A program made the translations under genes and the position numbers. From positions 3,472,001-3,536,000 of the forward strand of contig OX597821.1 in assembly GCA_951406725.2 (NCBI GenBank): a stretch of 64,000 nt of DNA. Direction: 5' to 3'. Below, one piece after another: positions 42,137-56,225 of this stretch (position 1 is its first letter; every line of letters starts with the position of its first letter). This DNA comes from Octopus vulgaris. Lineage: Eukaryota. The notes under the pieces are model-generated. The model was not told the origin of the DNA, did not search any database, and saw nothing but the letters and a program-made list of their open reading frames with translations.

Positions 42137-42179
42137 GCATCTGATGAGAAAACAATAAGGTTCGAAAATCGATTAATGT
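42137..42179 (+). ncRNA. Candidate minimal type I hammerhead, intact core
   Basis: GCAT-CTGATGA-GAA aacaataagg TTC-GAAA-ATCGAT-TA-ATGT: palindromic stem III, UUA site, short stems. Confidence 0.55.
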
Positions 42180-44246
42180 TGATCATCATTTTTTTCAGTC
42201 TGCGGAGAAACAGCTAAATTTTGCCCTGTTTATAATTATACCATATGTTACATACACACGCACACACACACACACACACATACATACACACACACACACA
42301 TGTATATGTATATATATATATATATATATATAGTGGTATATTATCCAGGCGCATCCTCTAAACGCTCTCAGGCATAGTTCAGATTTCGGCTAACTCATCG
42401 AGTGGCCAGAAGCACCAAGCATTGCTTAGGGAGAGAAATCTCACGGTATTTCTTTTCATAGTTAAATCTAGGTTCGTTTCTTGTGTTATGATTATATTCG
42501 GGAAAATGAATCCAAAACAAGTAGCAGAATACGGACACTGGTACATCTTTATGTGTTTCCTTCTAATTTAGCAGTTAATTAAAAAGTATAATTGGCGAAT
42601 GTAACCGACATGTGTTTCTGCTGCGTTGAGAATGTGCAATTGCACGGGCGTTTTCCAATAGCGTGATCTGAAGCGAAATCAATGTATTTATGTGTGGCTA
42701 GCTTATTTCTTCATTTCACTACGATTTTAGAGAAAAAGTATGTGAGAGGTTTATGTTGAAATATAATATGGTTATCAAATTTACTTTGTACCTGACCTTA
42801 TGTTAGCTTTAGTTTCAGGACAAAACCGAGAGTTCTATACACTAAATTAGGTCAAACTAGACATCTTAACGTTTTGATATCTGCATGCATATAACATAGA
42901 GATAACTCGTCTTAGTGTAAAATCAGAAATAAACTTGAAATACGAAAACACATCTTCGTATTGTCTTCAATGCCACCTGAATATTTAATTTATTTCCTGT
43001 CAACATTTCAACATTTTTATATAAATGTTGCGATGCTTATGAGTATACAGTTTCATTTGGTAATTTAATACTTCTTTTTTTTTTTCTTTTATACAAAAAG
43101 AAACTTAAAGTATACGTAACGGCTTAAGAAATAAAAAAGTAATAAACCATTCAGGGTGATGCACCGGCATGTCTGAGGAAATAAATGATATTGGTACTGA
43201 AAATATCAATAAGAACTAAAATTCTCTGCCTAAAGCTTACATGGAGAAATTAACGTAAGTTAGGGCTAAAAACATCCTGATTCCCTTGACAAATTATTCA
43301 TATAATAACAGAAGTGACTATAGTTACTGTCAAATGATTAGAAGGTCAACCCTTATTCGTCTCAACTATTGAAATAAAAGCTCTAACAATGAGAATTATT
43401 CAGGCACCAAGTAAACTATTCTGAAAAATAAATGATTCGATTTTGATGGCAAATGGTTGGAGTATCTCTTAAATAATTGCACGGATAACCCCTGTCTGTA
43501 GCATTTTCAATTGAAAGAAACGTTCTAGCAACGGTACTTTCACAAATATCCTTCTATCTTGTATGCAAAATGATATTTAATTAGATTATACTATCGCCGA
43601 TCCAAATTCGACATTTCTCATCCTCTTAACAGTGAGAGAAGATCTTATCTATCCAATGTCTAACGCTAATCGATTTGCTAAATATTATTTCTTTCCATGA
43701 ACCTCAAGTTATTTTTCCGGCAGCAATGAGTTTTCCAGCAGACGTCAAATTACAGACGATCAAGTAGAACATCAATGGTTACGTTATTATGACTTGTCAC
43801 TACGTCCGGTGAGGGTCATGGTATTTGGCTGAGAAGCATCCTCCAGCTTAAGTTAATAAGAAAATGTTTCTATCGCCATTCTGAGATTTTCCCCAATTCT
43901 ACAAAATACAGAACGTTTTGATAAATTGCGATTATATTACTGAGCTTAGATTGCAATGTGATTTAAAATACAATTCTCTTTCTACCTCGTTGCTGAAAAT
44001 ATTAGTAATAGATTAGTAACAGTCTTCTGTAGGATGCAGCTTGCTTAACGATGCTGTGTTGCACTGGAATATTTATTAATGCATATCCAAATTTCCCGTG
44101 GACAATATCATTTTACTCACGAAGTATATTTTTTTCTCGCGAATGATGAAGCAATATATAAACTGGAACACGCAAAGAAACATAGATGCATATACAAGCA
44201 TTTATATATATCTACACACATATATAATATGCATACGTATATATAC

Positions 44247-44297
<51 letters not shown>

Positions 44298-44325
44298 CAT
44301 ATATCTGTGTGTGCGTATGTGCGTG

Positions 44326-44383
<58 letters not shown>

Positions 44384-44384
44384 G

Positions 44385-44410
<26 letters not shown>

Positions 44411-44416
<6 letters not shown>

Positions 44417-44895
44417 TGAGGGAGATAAATTAATATTAATTTAAAACAAGTAGTCTAGCATACAATAATCTGAAAAATCAGAGAAAATTTTAATATATGT
44501 GTATATTGACAGGCCAAGACCACTATGTAGTTGGCCATATGCTAGAAATAGATCATCAACGATCAAACTACAAAGAACGTTCTCTAGAGGAAAATTCAGC
44601 GAACACCAGAAACTAAGATTTTTGTATGCTAGGCTACTGGTTTTAAATTGATGTTGATTAAATTAATATTAATTTATCTCCCTCATTATTTAAATATTGA
44701 AATTAATACGTTCTCTAGTAACCAGCAATAACCGCAGTAAATTATTTACTGCGGATCCTCGCTTCAGGAATTTTTAGCGCGCCAGAGCTAGGACATTTGA
44801 AATTTATCCTTAATGTAATAGGTAAAACTAAACACTTGTAGGCCCGAAACATATGTACCGCTAAATCCTTTGAATCATGTTTTTATTTTGATTAA
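44411..44895. mobile_element. Fold-back element between (TA)n tracts with a hammerhead-like relic
   Basis: IR AAATAATGAGGGAGATAAATTAATATTAATTTAA (44411) versus 44658-44691. GAAACATATGTA at 44846 is flanked by TTTAGCG / CGCTAAA pairing. Confidence 0.65.
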
Positions 44896-45748
44896 TATAT
44901 ATATATATATATATTCAAATATGGATTACAAGCAGCTCGAGGGATTTCAGCATTATCGAACACATGTTAAACATTATCGATATCATTTATCAACGCTTGT
45001 TTATGATTGACTTCAAGGTGATTTGATAATTATTTGGATCGATTCGTTTTGCTTTAACACTTCTAGACCATGTTCCAGCATGGCCGCAGTCCAATGATTG
45101 AACAAGTTATGTACGTATATGTATAAACACACACACACTTATATATATACACACATAATAATATTCTTTGAATAAGGTACTTAAATTTGAGGTACCTGGT
45201 TACGTTGGAATAAAATGCACTCACTATGATATAGGTAAATGCCAACCTTGGTACAGAAGAACAGGAAGAATGATGTTCGGGTATTGTATGATGTTTAAAG
45301 ACCCAGCTGGGTATACTATCCTATCTTGACCTATTCAGATGCTTACATTTTAATTAAATATACAGTCCACAGTATGCTTCGGAATACGTGAAGTGTGTGT
45401 TCTGAGATGAATGGATTGCAAATAAGTAAGTGACAATGGATGGTCATATGTGAATTCAATACAGCCATTTCTATCGAATTTTTTAATTTGTCAATTAGGA
45501 CGCTATAGCATTATCAAAAACCGTTCTCTTCGGATGAATACATGAATTTTACGATCAAGGACATTTAAAATAATTTTAAATTCACGTCACATAGATATTT
45601 AGTGAATTCTACAAATGGCCCTTCTACGGCCAGAGCCATTCGTGGAATCACTAAATGTGTATATGTAGGCATACATACATGTAAATTAGCATATATGTAT
45701 AAATGTATGTGTTTATGTATATCTGTATATATAAACATATATATAGAC

Positions 45749-45796
<48 letters not shown>

Positions 45797-45797
45797 T

Positions 45798-45833
<36 letters not shown>

Positions 45834-45837
<4 letters not shown>

Positions 45838-46361
45838 AGGTATACTAGCCATCTCAATATGGCTAACCACTAAGGGTGGGTGTTACTGTAGCTTGTAGCC
45901 CCAGGAGAACATCGTCTCCAGCTGGCTTTAAGCACACTTTCTGTGCCGTTATAGTTTTTGCAAAGAGAGGTCATCCTTCCCTCGTCAACCTAAGTGATAC
46001 GCTCGGAATGCAGTTTCTAGGTTTTGACCTGTCGTCGGCGTACGACAATCACCGGTTTTCGATGAAGGGAGGTCCCAATGCAAATCCTTATAACGTTTTT
46101 TCAGTAACTTTTCGTCTCTGATCTCGAAAAACTGGTGATTGTCGTACGCCGACGACAGGTCAATACCTAGAAACTGCAGCCTGTGCGTATCACTTAGGTT
46201 GATGAGGGAGGGATGACCTAAAGCCAGCTGGAGATGATGTTCTCCTGGGGCTACAAGCTACAGTAACACCCAGCCTTAGTGGTTAGCCATATTGAGATGG
46301 CTAGTATACCTCACATTGTCGTGCAGTTACTGTTTGCATCACGTTCAAAGATTTATTATTG

Positions 46362-46363
<2 letters not shown>
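45834..46363. mobile_element. Family D element as a long fold-back with two opposed hammerheads (46000-46044 minus; 46143-46187 plus)
   Basis: Arms 45834-46058 and 46126-46316. Plus copy reads CGTACG-CCGACGA-cAGGT caat ACCTa-GAAA-CTGCAG-CC-TGTGCG. Confidence 0.85.
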
Positions 46364-46447
<84 letters not shown>

Positions 46448-46453
46448 ACATAT

Positions 46454-46539
<86 letters not shown>

Positions 46540-47234
46540 GCATGCATACTTATATAGACATACGTCACATGTAAGTGCCTGCTCCTTTCTGTGTAAGTTT
46601 AACGCTTCTTTGCATTATGAAAAAAATTAGCACATTTAAGAAAATAATAATTAGCAGTATGAGAATAATGCATGAAATGTATTAGATAATTTTTTACTTT
46701 TGTTTTAGTTATTTTGCAAAAAATAATGTTAAAATAACTTAATATTTATCTATTTTCTTCGTTGATCACGAATACATTATCTTGATGTTTTTTAGCTATG
46801 TTTTTCGTATTGTTCTTTGATAATATTTTAATTACTCCGCTGTCATTTATGTTTATCTCACAAATTATACATGAATAGATATTTTGTGCATATTATATCT
46901 AATAAACAAATAAGCATGATGTGTATAAATGAAATCGTGCAGAAAACTAGTAAAATAAAAACAACAATATAACATGAATGTGATAAAGCATGAAAATATT
47001 TTTAAATAATATAAAATAGTTTTGAAAAATATAGTTATTAGGTATTTTCCTATTAAGTCACTTTGTAAATATTTAAATAAAATAATGAAAACATGTGCAG
47101 GAGAATATATATATAGATAAATAAATATATTGATGCATTTTTTATATTCACACACACATATATTTCTGCATATATAATAAACTCATACATATAAATGAAT
47201 ATGCATGCATGCATATACATGTATGTATACACAT

Positions 47235-47266
<32 letters not shown>

Positions 47267-47329
47267 GGGTGAGCATGTGTCTATGTGCATATATATAATA
47301 TATGTAATATATACATCTACACACATACA

Positions 47330-47618
<289 letters not shown>

Positions 47619-48919
47619 TGTATGTATATTGGCTTTGTTAATAACATGTAATCCAATGCAAGCAATTATCTGGTCAGTTTGGTAGCAACTATTTTGGCAC
47701 AAACACACACACACACACACCTTAGGACATGTGTAAATAACCAGATCAGGGCTGAGATACAACCAGGAAGAGCAATTGATAGACTTTGTATATGATAAGC
47801 GACCATTTAGTCAATTTACCACGTAGACAAGTTACTATTTGAGATGGTGAACACTTGGATTCAAAAGCCGCCATATCTTTTGTAGTAATTTTGCGCTCCG
47901 TAGTGGTTGTGTATGGATTTTATTTTGGAGTTTTACCATCCCAAATAAAACCTAGTTTGTTATGTCAACCATAATAGGAAGTATAAACTTGTTAATGGTT
48001 TCTCATTTGTTATACTCTTGACACATTTTCACATTATTTGCAGCGATTTTCCAGATTTTCCGCCACCGAATGAATATGAGTAAGCGATACTATGCTAGTG
48101 CTAACTTCCCATCAAAATGGCTAAGTTAAAGAAGGGAACAATCCGTCAGAATTAACAGATGATCGGAAAAAAAACACTTCAACACCAAGTGTGCCTATTA
48201 TAATTTTGGAGTCGTTATAAAAAAGTAGGTATCCGTTTATCGGTTTTATTGGTTTGTGCCTAGATTAGAAACCATGAAAACACTTTAAAAGCTGGATATG
48301 CATTGCTAATATTTATGAACAAAGTTGTTACTTTGTAGCACATTCACAAGTAAATGGCATCCCAGTCAATTTTCGGTGCTTTTTTATGTGTTCATTGTAG
48401 TACGTTATCGGCAGCTATCATCAGCAGGAGAGCCAAGATTAACATATATATACACCTAGCAAATTATTTTATTTGCTGAAGTTAGCTTGAAAACCTGGTA
48501 CAGGAAATAAATGGCAAATGTTTTTTTTTTTATTTTTCATTCCCTTTCGAAATTACCCGTAAGAGTGGTTTGGATTTTGCCTGTTCATTTTTGTATATAT
48601 AGATGAGCGGTGGATGTCAGCGTGAATCACCCTATTTTGTATAATGTGCATTTGGTAGCGATTTGTTGGGACACAAGCCGCATTTTCATCGTTAATGCCG
48701 CAGACGTACATACATACACACCCACACACTCACATACGCACTTGTGTTTTCCAAAATGGAAGGGACCACATTTCTCCATGTGATTGGTTTGAAAAATTGC
48801 TCTAAACACTTGGATATTTTCCTACATTTCTTAACATGAAACCAATGGTAGCCTTAATTCACAAATAAAGAAATTATATCCATCAATGAGGCATTCATTT
48901 TCATCGTTCGATATTTGTG

Positions 48920-48986
<67 letters not shown>

Positions 48987-49167
48987 CCTATATTTTAATA
49001 ATTACTGGCATCTTTATATATTAATATATTTTATATGTAAAGCATAATAGGTTATACATGTATGTATATTCTTGTAAATCGTCATTCTAGTAAATAAATA
49101 AAGAATTTAACATAATATAATGTCTAAAAGCTTATGACCACCTATTGATCCCTTCCGTTTGCTTATT

Positions 49168-49207
<40 letters not shown>

Positions 49208-49572
49208 TGTATATATATATATATACATATACAAAACAGATTTTATTCACTCTGTCTAGTAAACCAACGCACAAGGTTTTGGTCAGCCCAAAGGTGTTGT
49301 AGAAAGCATTTATTGAACCCGGAATCATGTGGTTAGCAAGGAAACATCCTACCACCTAGTCGCATCGGACGATAACTGACCAAGTAACAATTACTCGATA
49401 TAGGAACCTCGTACATTGCGTCGCACGAATACGGAAGCATCACATAGTTTTGAAATGAACGATGAGAACGTTATTATTATTTCGGTTTATCATTAAATTT
49501 ATTCTGTATTCATTTCACCTGCACAGAGAGATACGCGTACACACGCTTCACACACATAGCTCTATACGCCAC

Positions 49573-49620
<48 letters not shown>

Positions 49621-50076
49621 CACACACACACACAAACGCACATTTATATTAAGCCGCAATTAAGTGGTTGAAATCAGTAAAAGTTTGCGTGAACAATAAA
49701 GCACCCTTAGAAAATGTTGCTTGCACACATTGTGTGGCCCTAATTTTAGAGACGAAAACCGCTTCGAGCAAACTGGTATCTTATCAGCTTATCGAAACAT
49801 GCGGCCTGAAGCTTGTTGGCAATTAATATTTAATGCATATTTAAACGGAAGAAATAATGATCATTGCCGTTGTAGTCGTCACATCATCATCATAATCATA
49901 ATCATCACATCGATCCATACCGTGCAATAAAATCATGTCCACGTGAGCGTTGAGATGTTGCTACATACATACGTTGAGGAGTCAAATCGCTGCGAAGATA
50001 ACATCATTATTATGAACATGAAGGTGTCACATAAGACACAACTCTGTGTGCATGTGTGTGCGTGAGTATGCATGTT

Positions 50077-50117
<41 letters not shown>

Positions 50118-50122
50118 TACAT

Positions 50123-50245
<123 letters not shown>

Positions 50246-50302
50246 TGTGTATATACATGTTCGGACTTAAAACTTATAATAATTATGATAATAATAATAA
50301 TA

Positions 50303-50745
50303 ATCTTTCTACTATAGGCACAGACCCTGAAACTTTTTGGGGAAAGGGATAATTCGATTACATCGAACCTAGTGTTTCCCTGGTACTTAATTCATCGACC
50401 CAGAAAAGATGAAAGGCAAAGTTGACCTCGATTGAATTTGAATTCTGACGGACGTGATGCTGCTAATCCGCACTGCTATCGATTCTGCCAGCATGCCAAC
50501 TTAATAATGATAATTATAGTAATGATGATAAGGGGGCGAGTTGGCGCATCGTTAGCAAGCCAGGCGAAATGTTTAGCGGTATTTCGTCCGTCTGCACGTT
50601 CTGAGTTCAAATGCTGCCAGGGTCGATTTTGCCATAAATCCTTTCGGGCTCGATAAATTAAGTACCGGTGAAACACAGGGGTCAATGTAATTGACTTACT
50701 CACTCCCCAAAATTGCAGGCCTTGTGCTTATAGTAGAAAGGAATG
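50303..50745. mobile_element. Head-to-head pair of SINE family B (minus 50303-50502; plus 50530-50745)
   Basis: Opposed cores with an AT-rich spacer of about 28 bp. Confidence 0.82.
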
Positions 50746-51129
50746 ATGATGCACATCCCTACCACAACCTGCGACGTTGGTTTTTCCTTACAGTCCTCAA
50801 CGTTCCCTCACATTTTAGAAGATGACGCCACCAAAAATGAATAATTTTATTGTTAAAGGCATGAAATTGTAATGACATTTGGATGATAACTGACGAGGAA
50901 TTGTGTGCATTTACCTTTCGTTCCTTTGTCATCCTTCTGCTTTTATAACTATTTAATATAACGCCACGCACCTATCCTTTGGCCCTGTTACTTAGCAGTA
51001 TACACACACTCACACACACATACACACACACACACACACGCACATACACACACTAAACATGAAATAAATAAATAGGCATCCTTATAATCATTAGAATATA
51101 TTCAAATCTGAAATTATACATTCAAATTA

Positions 51130-51950
51130 TTTATTGTTATTGTGTGAATATTTCGTAGACATGCCCTTTGCATTGTTCAGTACAAGGACCCTATTAGGCA
51201 TGTTACTAATCAGATGACGAGTATTCTCTTGCGGAATTTCTTGCTAAGTTTCATGCAGGTATCCCAAATGATCTGTCTTTGAAGATGCTTTCTTGTTCCT
51301 TTTATGAAATGTCCTGTCCATTATATCCCAGAGGTGTTCAATAGAGTTCATATCTGGTGAGTGTGCTGGCCATGGAAACTTTTTGATGCCATTCTCGTCC
51401 ACCAAATCTTACGCAATTTTAGCCGTGAGACAAGGAGCCCAATATTCCATAAATAAGTCTTATTTAATCATTGCACCACAGGAGAAGACTTGAAGGAGTC
51501 CTTTCTGCAATATGGACACATAGGTATCTGAGTTTATGTTTCCCTCTCAAGCCATCACCTGTGATGCACAATTGCTCCATATTGCTCCACAGGCCATCAC
51601 AGAAGAGCTGCTTGTGTTTCATTATTGACTTCAATATTTTCACACCAAAGAGAAAGGTCCTGTCAGAGGGCTCTGTGGACTCCTTCTCCCCTCTGCTGAA
51701 TTGCACAATCACTCTATTAACTATAGAAAGCGTGATTCCAAGTTTTTCTACGATTTAATGCTATGCTCACCTTCAGAATGACACACAATACGGGCTACTT
51801 GAAATTCAAACAGTTGCAAGACTTCTTTTGTACATGGCATGATTAAAGAGACACATATGGAACCTGAATCATAAAAATGTCTATTCATAAAAAAATATAA
51901 ACCATTATAAGCTAGAATAACCATAAAACGATGTTTTGAGGGTGTCTATT
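51130..51950 (-). pseudogene. Tc1-family transposase relic (DDE domain)
   Basis: Minus strand encodes ENGIKKFPWPAHSPDMNSIEHLWD...ISNMPNRV...AKGMSTKY, matching the Tc1 WP..SPDLNPIE.LW and G..TKY motifs. Stops and frameshifts present. Confidence 0.88.
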
Positions 51951-51989
51951 TATTTCTGTCATATTTGATTATATAGATACAGATACATG

Positions 51990-52061
<72 letters not shown>

Positions 52062-53204
52062 ATCAGTTTTCATAATCAGTATTACATAATCAGTTTTCAT
52101 CCACAAAAAACATTTATTTACTGATTATTCGACATTCTCTGTTGTGATCTCGAATAGGTAACAACAGAATTTTGCATATATTCAATATGGATTACTTTAT
52201 AGAGGAATCGTATGATTTGATTTCAGTCTTTCTGATAGAACAAATGAAAATAGAGTTGGAGTAAGTAAGAGGACAAAAACATGGTTCCCTTACTTTGTTA
52301 GAAATAATAGGTAAGTTATCTGCCTGGTTGCTGAGAAATTTTTCTGTTCTGTAACATTTTTATCCTATATACGATGTCCAGTCAGTATTTACGCATTGAA
52401 AAATATATCTTTCTACATGGACAACATTTTTAGTATTTTTGAACTTAATATATTGAACACCGTGATCGGTGCAGAGTTATTTAGTGCATGAATATTAAAT
52501 ATGTTCGTCATTCTTTAAGGAAGATCAGATTCATTTGTGTGAAAACAAATCTACCACCACGACGGCTGGGTTCGAACATTTTATTTACCATCCACTGCAG
52601 CATAAAATTTCTTGTTTGTTGTATTAGTACACTTCATTAATTCATGCAGATAATTAATTAGTATTCGTTGCGTTTAATTACTATTCTGCTAATTAATGCC
52701 CGAAATTTTGTCAGCTCCCTAGTTAAGCACGTCATCTCATTTTCGATTTTACGCCCACGTAACAGCATATATAATCATCATTAGGATCACGTTGGTTATA
52801 ATAATCAGACTAATTTTTGTCATCAACATTGACTAGCTCCTACTCTTTCACTTCAGCTACTTCCCCCGCATAAACCTCTACATCATACTCATCTTTCCAC
52901 GTATTCCTAATTAAATCTGATATTCATTGTCATTTTACTCATTGCTGTCTTGATAATATTATACCATTATTATCAGGAACATCATCCTTGTAATCTCCAG
53001 CTTTGTGATGTTGATTATCAACTTTAGTAATCTTTATCCTCATTACCAATATTTCCTCATAATCATTACCCCGACTACCATAATCACTTGCTCCCACCAA
53101 TTCTAACAACATACTCAATCATTACCTCTCTCCCAATTTATAGAAGTCTTATTACGTAGAACCATAGTTTTGTCCTCATTATCATAGGTATTGATATAGA
53201 CACC

Positions 53205-53415
53205 ATCAACACATTTATCAACGTCGTCATCGTTCTCATCCTCCGCGTATTCCTCGTCATCATACGCCAAACCACCACCACCACCACTATCCTCAACAAC
53301 ATCATCACCACCACCACCATCACCATCATCATCATCATCATCATCATCATCACCAACATCATTACCACCACCACCATCACCATCATCATCATCAGTGTCA
53401 TCATCATCATCATTT
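53205..53415. repeat. (CAT)/(CAC) trinucleotide tract
   Basis: Direct read. Confidence 0.92.
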
Positions 53416-53959
53416 GTTATGCCAGCACAAGATCAGATACTTGGGGATGGTAGTGGCCGTGGTCCTGGTAGCAGTTAGAGACTTAATCCTTTAAATTGTT
53501 TCTCCTACTTTCTTTTATAAACGCCGAAGGTGCACAAAGTAGACAACGGCAACATTTGCACTAATAATGTAGAGTGAAGTAACCGAATATTGCAAGGTTA
53601 CTTGCAGACGTTCTTATGATCGTGTTGGTCCATCCCTCTCATATAATACATGCTTCTAACTTAGTCACAGGAACAAATATAGAGGCTGAAGAGTTATCGT
53701 GCAAATCTTTCCAAGTATTTTTTATCAACACAGTTGAGATTAAAGGCAAGCTTGGCCTCAAAGAGTTTGAAATGCCGACCCAACAGCTATACGACAAAGC
53801 ATTTGATTCCACACTGCAAGAATACTACTAGCCCTCGACCTATAGTCATTTGCATAATTGTAGTACTCTTCATCGAAATATTTTTTATGTTTGTAATTAT
53901 ATTTATGTAAAAAAGGGACAAGATAGATCTCCTGAAGTATAAGTATGTAACTATGAATA

Positions 53960-54300
53960 TGTGACGTCCTGTTATAGTTATTATTATTAGTAGTATTATT
54001 GATTTTACGTATTATTATTACTGTTTTTACGTATTATTTTTGCATTCATATTCGTGTAACATCGTCCGTTTTTCCGTCCTTGTTTTGTATACATTCGAAG
54101 CATTTTTCCAAGGAATCTAATGCGCTTAGCTTAGTTTTTCGTTGGGGCTGGCCAGATTGGAGCAATCTCAAGTTTAATCAGCCGAATTTGCGAGGATGAT
54201 CCGGTTCTTGACTGAAGATTGAAGGCTTCGAATGTCCCGTCCGTGTTTTTTATATCATCTTCTAAATATTACGCGTTCTTGTCCCAGTTTGTATTTATTT
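53960..54300 (+). mobile_element. Family F element, longest copy
   Basis: 54165-54300 matches the reverse complement of 2220-2350 and ends at (TA)n. The left boundary is uncertain. Confidence 0.7.
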
Positions 54301-54317
54301 ATATACATACATATATA

Positions 54318-54394
<77 letters not shown>

Positions 54395-54714
54395 CATATA
54401 CAAGAAACTGTTTTACCACGTCTGTGCACCATTTTCCTCGAATAACTGAAATGCAGCTACAATATCTTTATACATCTTATTTTTACTTTCATTTTCTTAT
54501 TTCCCTCTATATTCCCTGTCTCATGCTTTTCCATGATAATTCGTACTCAACTATTTTCTCACACCGTCTTTGATGAAGGGATCTCCATCATATCTCACTA
54601 ACAGCTGTAAAGACACTTCCATTATAAATTTTCTAAAACTCTTTCACAGACTTGGCTTTGTCATCTCATTCTGTCTAATACATACATACATATACATACA
54701 TGCACACACAAATA

Positions 54715-54772
<58 letters not shown>

Positions 54773-54783
54773 ACGAAGAAAGG

Positions 54784-55418
54784 CGTTTATAATTATGAAC
54801 ATGTCACAATTATAATTAAGAGGAAATTAACCAGTTATTTTCAAGTTATGGATTCTATTTTTCATTTCGCCCGAAGACAGTTTTTATCGTGAAAAGATAT
54901 AATATGTGCTGGTGTGGCTGTGTGGTAAGTAGCTTGCTTACCAACTACATGTTTCCGGGTTCAGTCCCACTGCGTGACAACTTGGGTAAGTGTCTCTACT
55001 ATAGCCTCGGGCCGACCAAAGCCTTGTGAGTGTATTTGGTAGACGGAATCTGAAAGAAGCCCGTTGTATATATGCGTATGCACAGATATATATATATATA
55101 TGTGTGTGTGCGTGTGTGTGTGTGTGTGTTTGTCTCCCCCAACATCGCTTGACAACAGATGCTGGTGTGTTTACATCCTGGTAAATTAGCGATTCGGCAA
55201 AAGAGACCGATAGAATAAGTAGTAGGCATACAAAGAATATGTCCTGGGGTCGATTTGTTCGAGCAAAGGCGGTACTCCAGCATGGCCGCAATCAAATGCC
55301 TGAAACAAGTAAAATAGTACATAACGGCTTCATAGCAGTTTTGGCTGCTATTCTTAACATGGAAAGGTTTTTTTTAACCCTCTTAGTTATAATTGTGACT
55401 TGTTCATAATTATATACG
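54784..55418. repeat. Inverted-repeat-bounded element containing a SINE A insertion
   Basis: TATAATTATGAACATGTCACAATTATAATTAAGAGG (54788) versus CCTCTTAGTTATAATTGTGACTTGTTCATAATTATA (55379). Confidence 0.75.
54908..55315 (+). mobile_element. SINE family A
   Basis: Full-length match. Confidence 0.92.
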
Positions 55419-55584
55419 TGTTTGACCATTGCTATATTCATAAATAATCTGAATTATTCATAATATATCTTCCGAAATGTTTTTACATTTCTCTCTACTT
55501 TATATATAGACCAACATTTACCACAATAGTGGGAGGAAAAAGTAATTATCAATATATATATATATACATACATACATACATACA

Positions 55585-55618
<34 letters not shown>

Positions 55619-55619
55619 C

Positions 55620-55662
<43 letters not shown>

Positions 55663-55671
55663 CATATATAT

Positions 55672-56070
55672 TACTCTTTTACTCTTTTACTCTTTTATTT
55701 GTTTTAGTCATTTGACTGAGTCCATGCTGGAGCACCGCCTTTAGTCGAGCCAATCGACCCCAGGATTTATTCTTTGTAAGCCCAGTACTTATTCCATCGG
55801 TCTCTTTTGCCGAACCGCTAAGTTACGGGGACGTAAACACAGCAGCATCGGTTGTCAAGCAATGCTAGGGGGACAAACACACACACATACACATATATAA
55901 ATATATATACATATATACGCCAGGCTTCTTTCAGTTTCCGTCTACCAAATCCACTCACAAGGCATTGGTCGACCCAGGGCTATAGCAGAAGACACTTGCC
56001 CAAGATGCCACGCAGTGGGACTGAACCCAGAACCATGTGGTTGGTTAGCTTACCACACAACCAATCCTGC
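55672..56070 (-). mobile_element. SINE family A (well-preserved copy)
   Basis: (TACTCTTT)3 tail; full-length reverse-complement match. Confidence 0.93.
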
Positions 56071-56225
56071 TACAATATATATATCTTATTTATTTTTTAT
56101 TTTTATTTTTATCTAGTTTCAGCTCACAAGCTGTGGCCATGCGGAGGCACCGCCATTTGGTGTTGCTACATGATTCTACGTCACGAATGCTTTTTAGCAA
56201 TTGCCATTTGGTGCATGAGAGAGTT

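Noticed and set aside
48395-48430. Minus-strand CTGATGA...GATAACGTA
   Set aside because: Core mismatch and no stem I. The similar weak hits at 34442, 34973 and 42380 were rejected for the same reasons.
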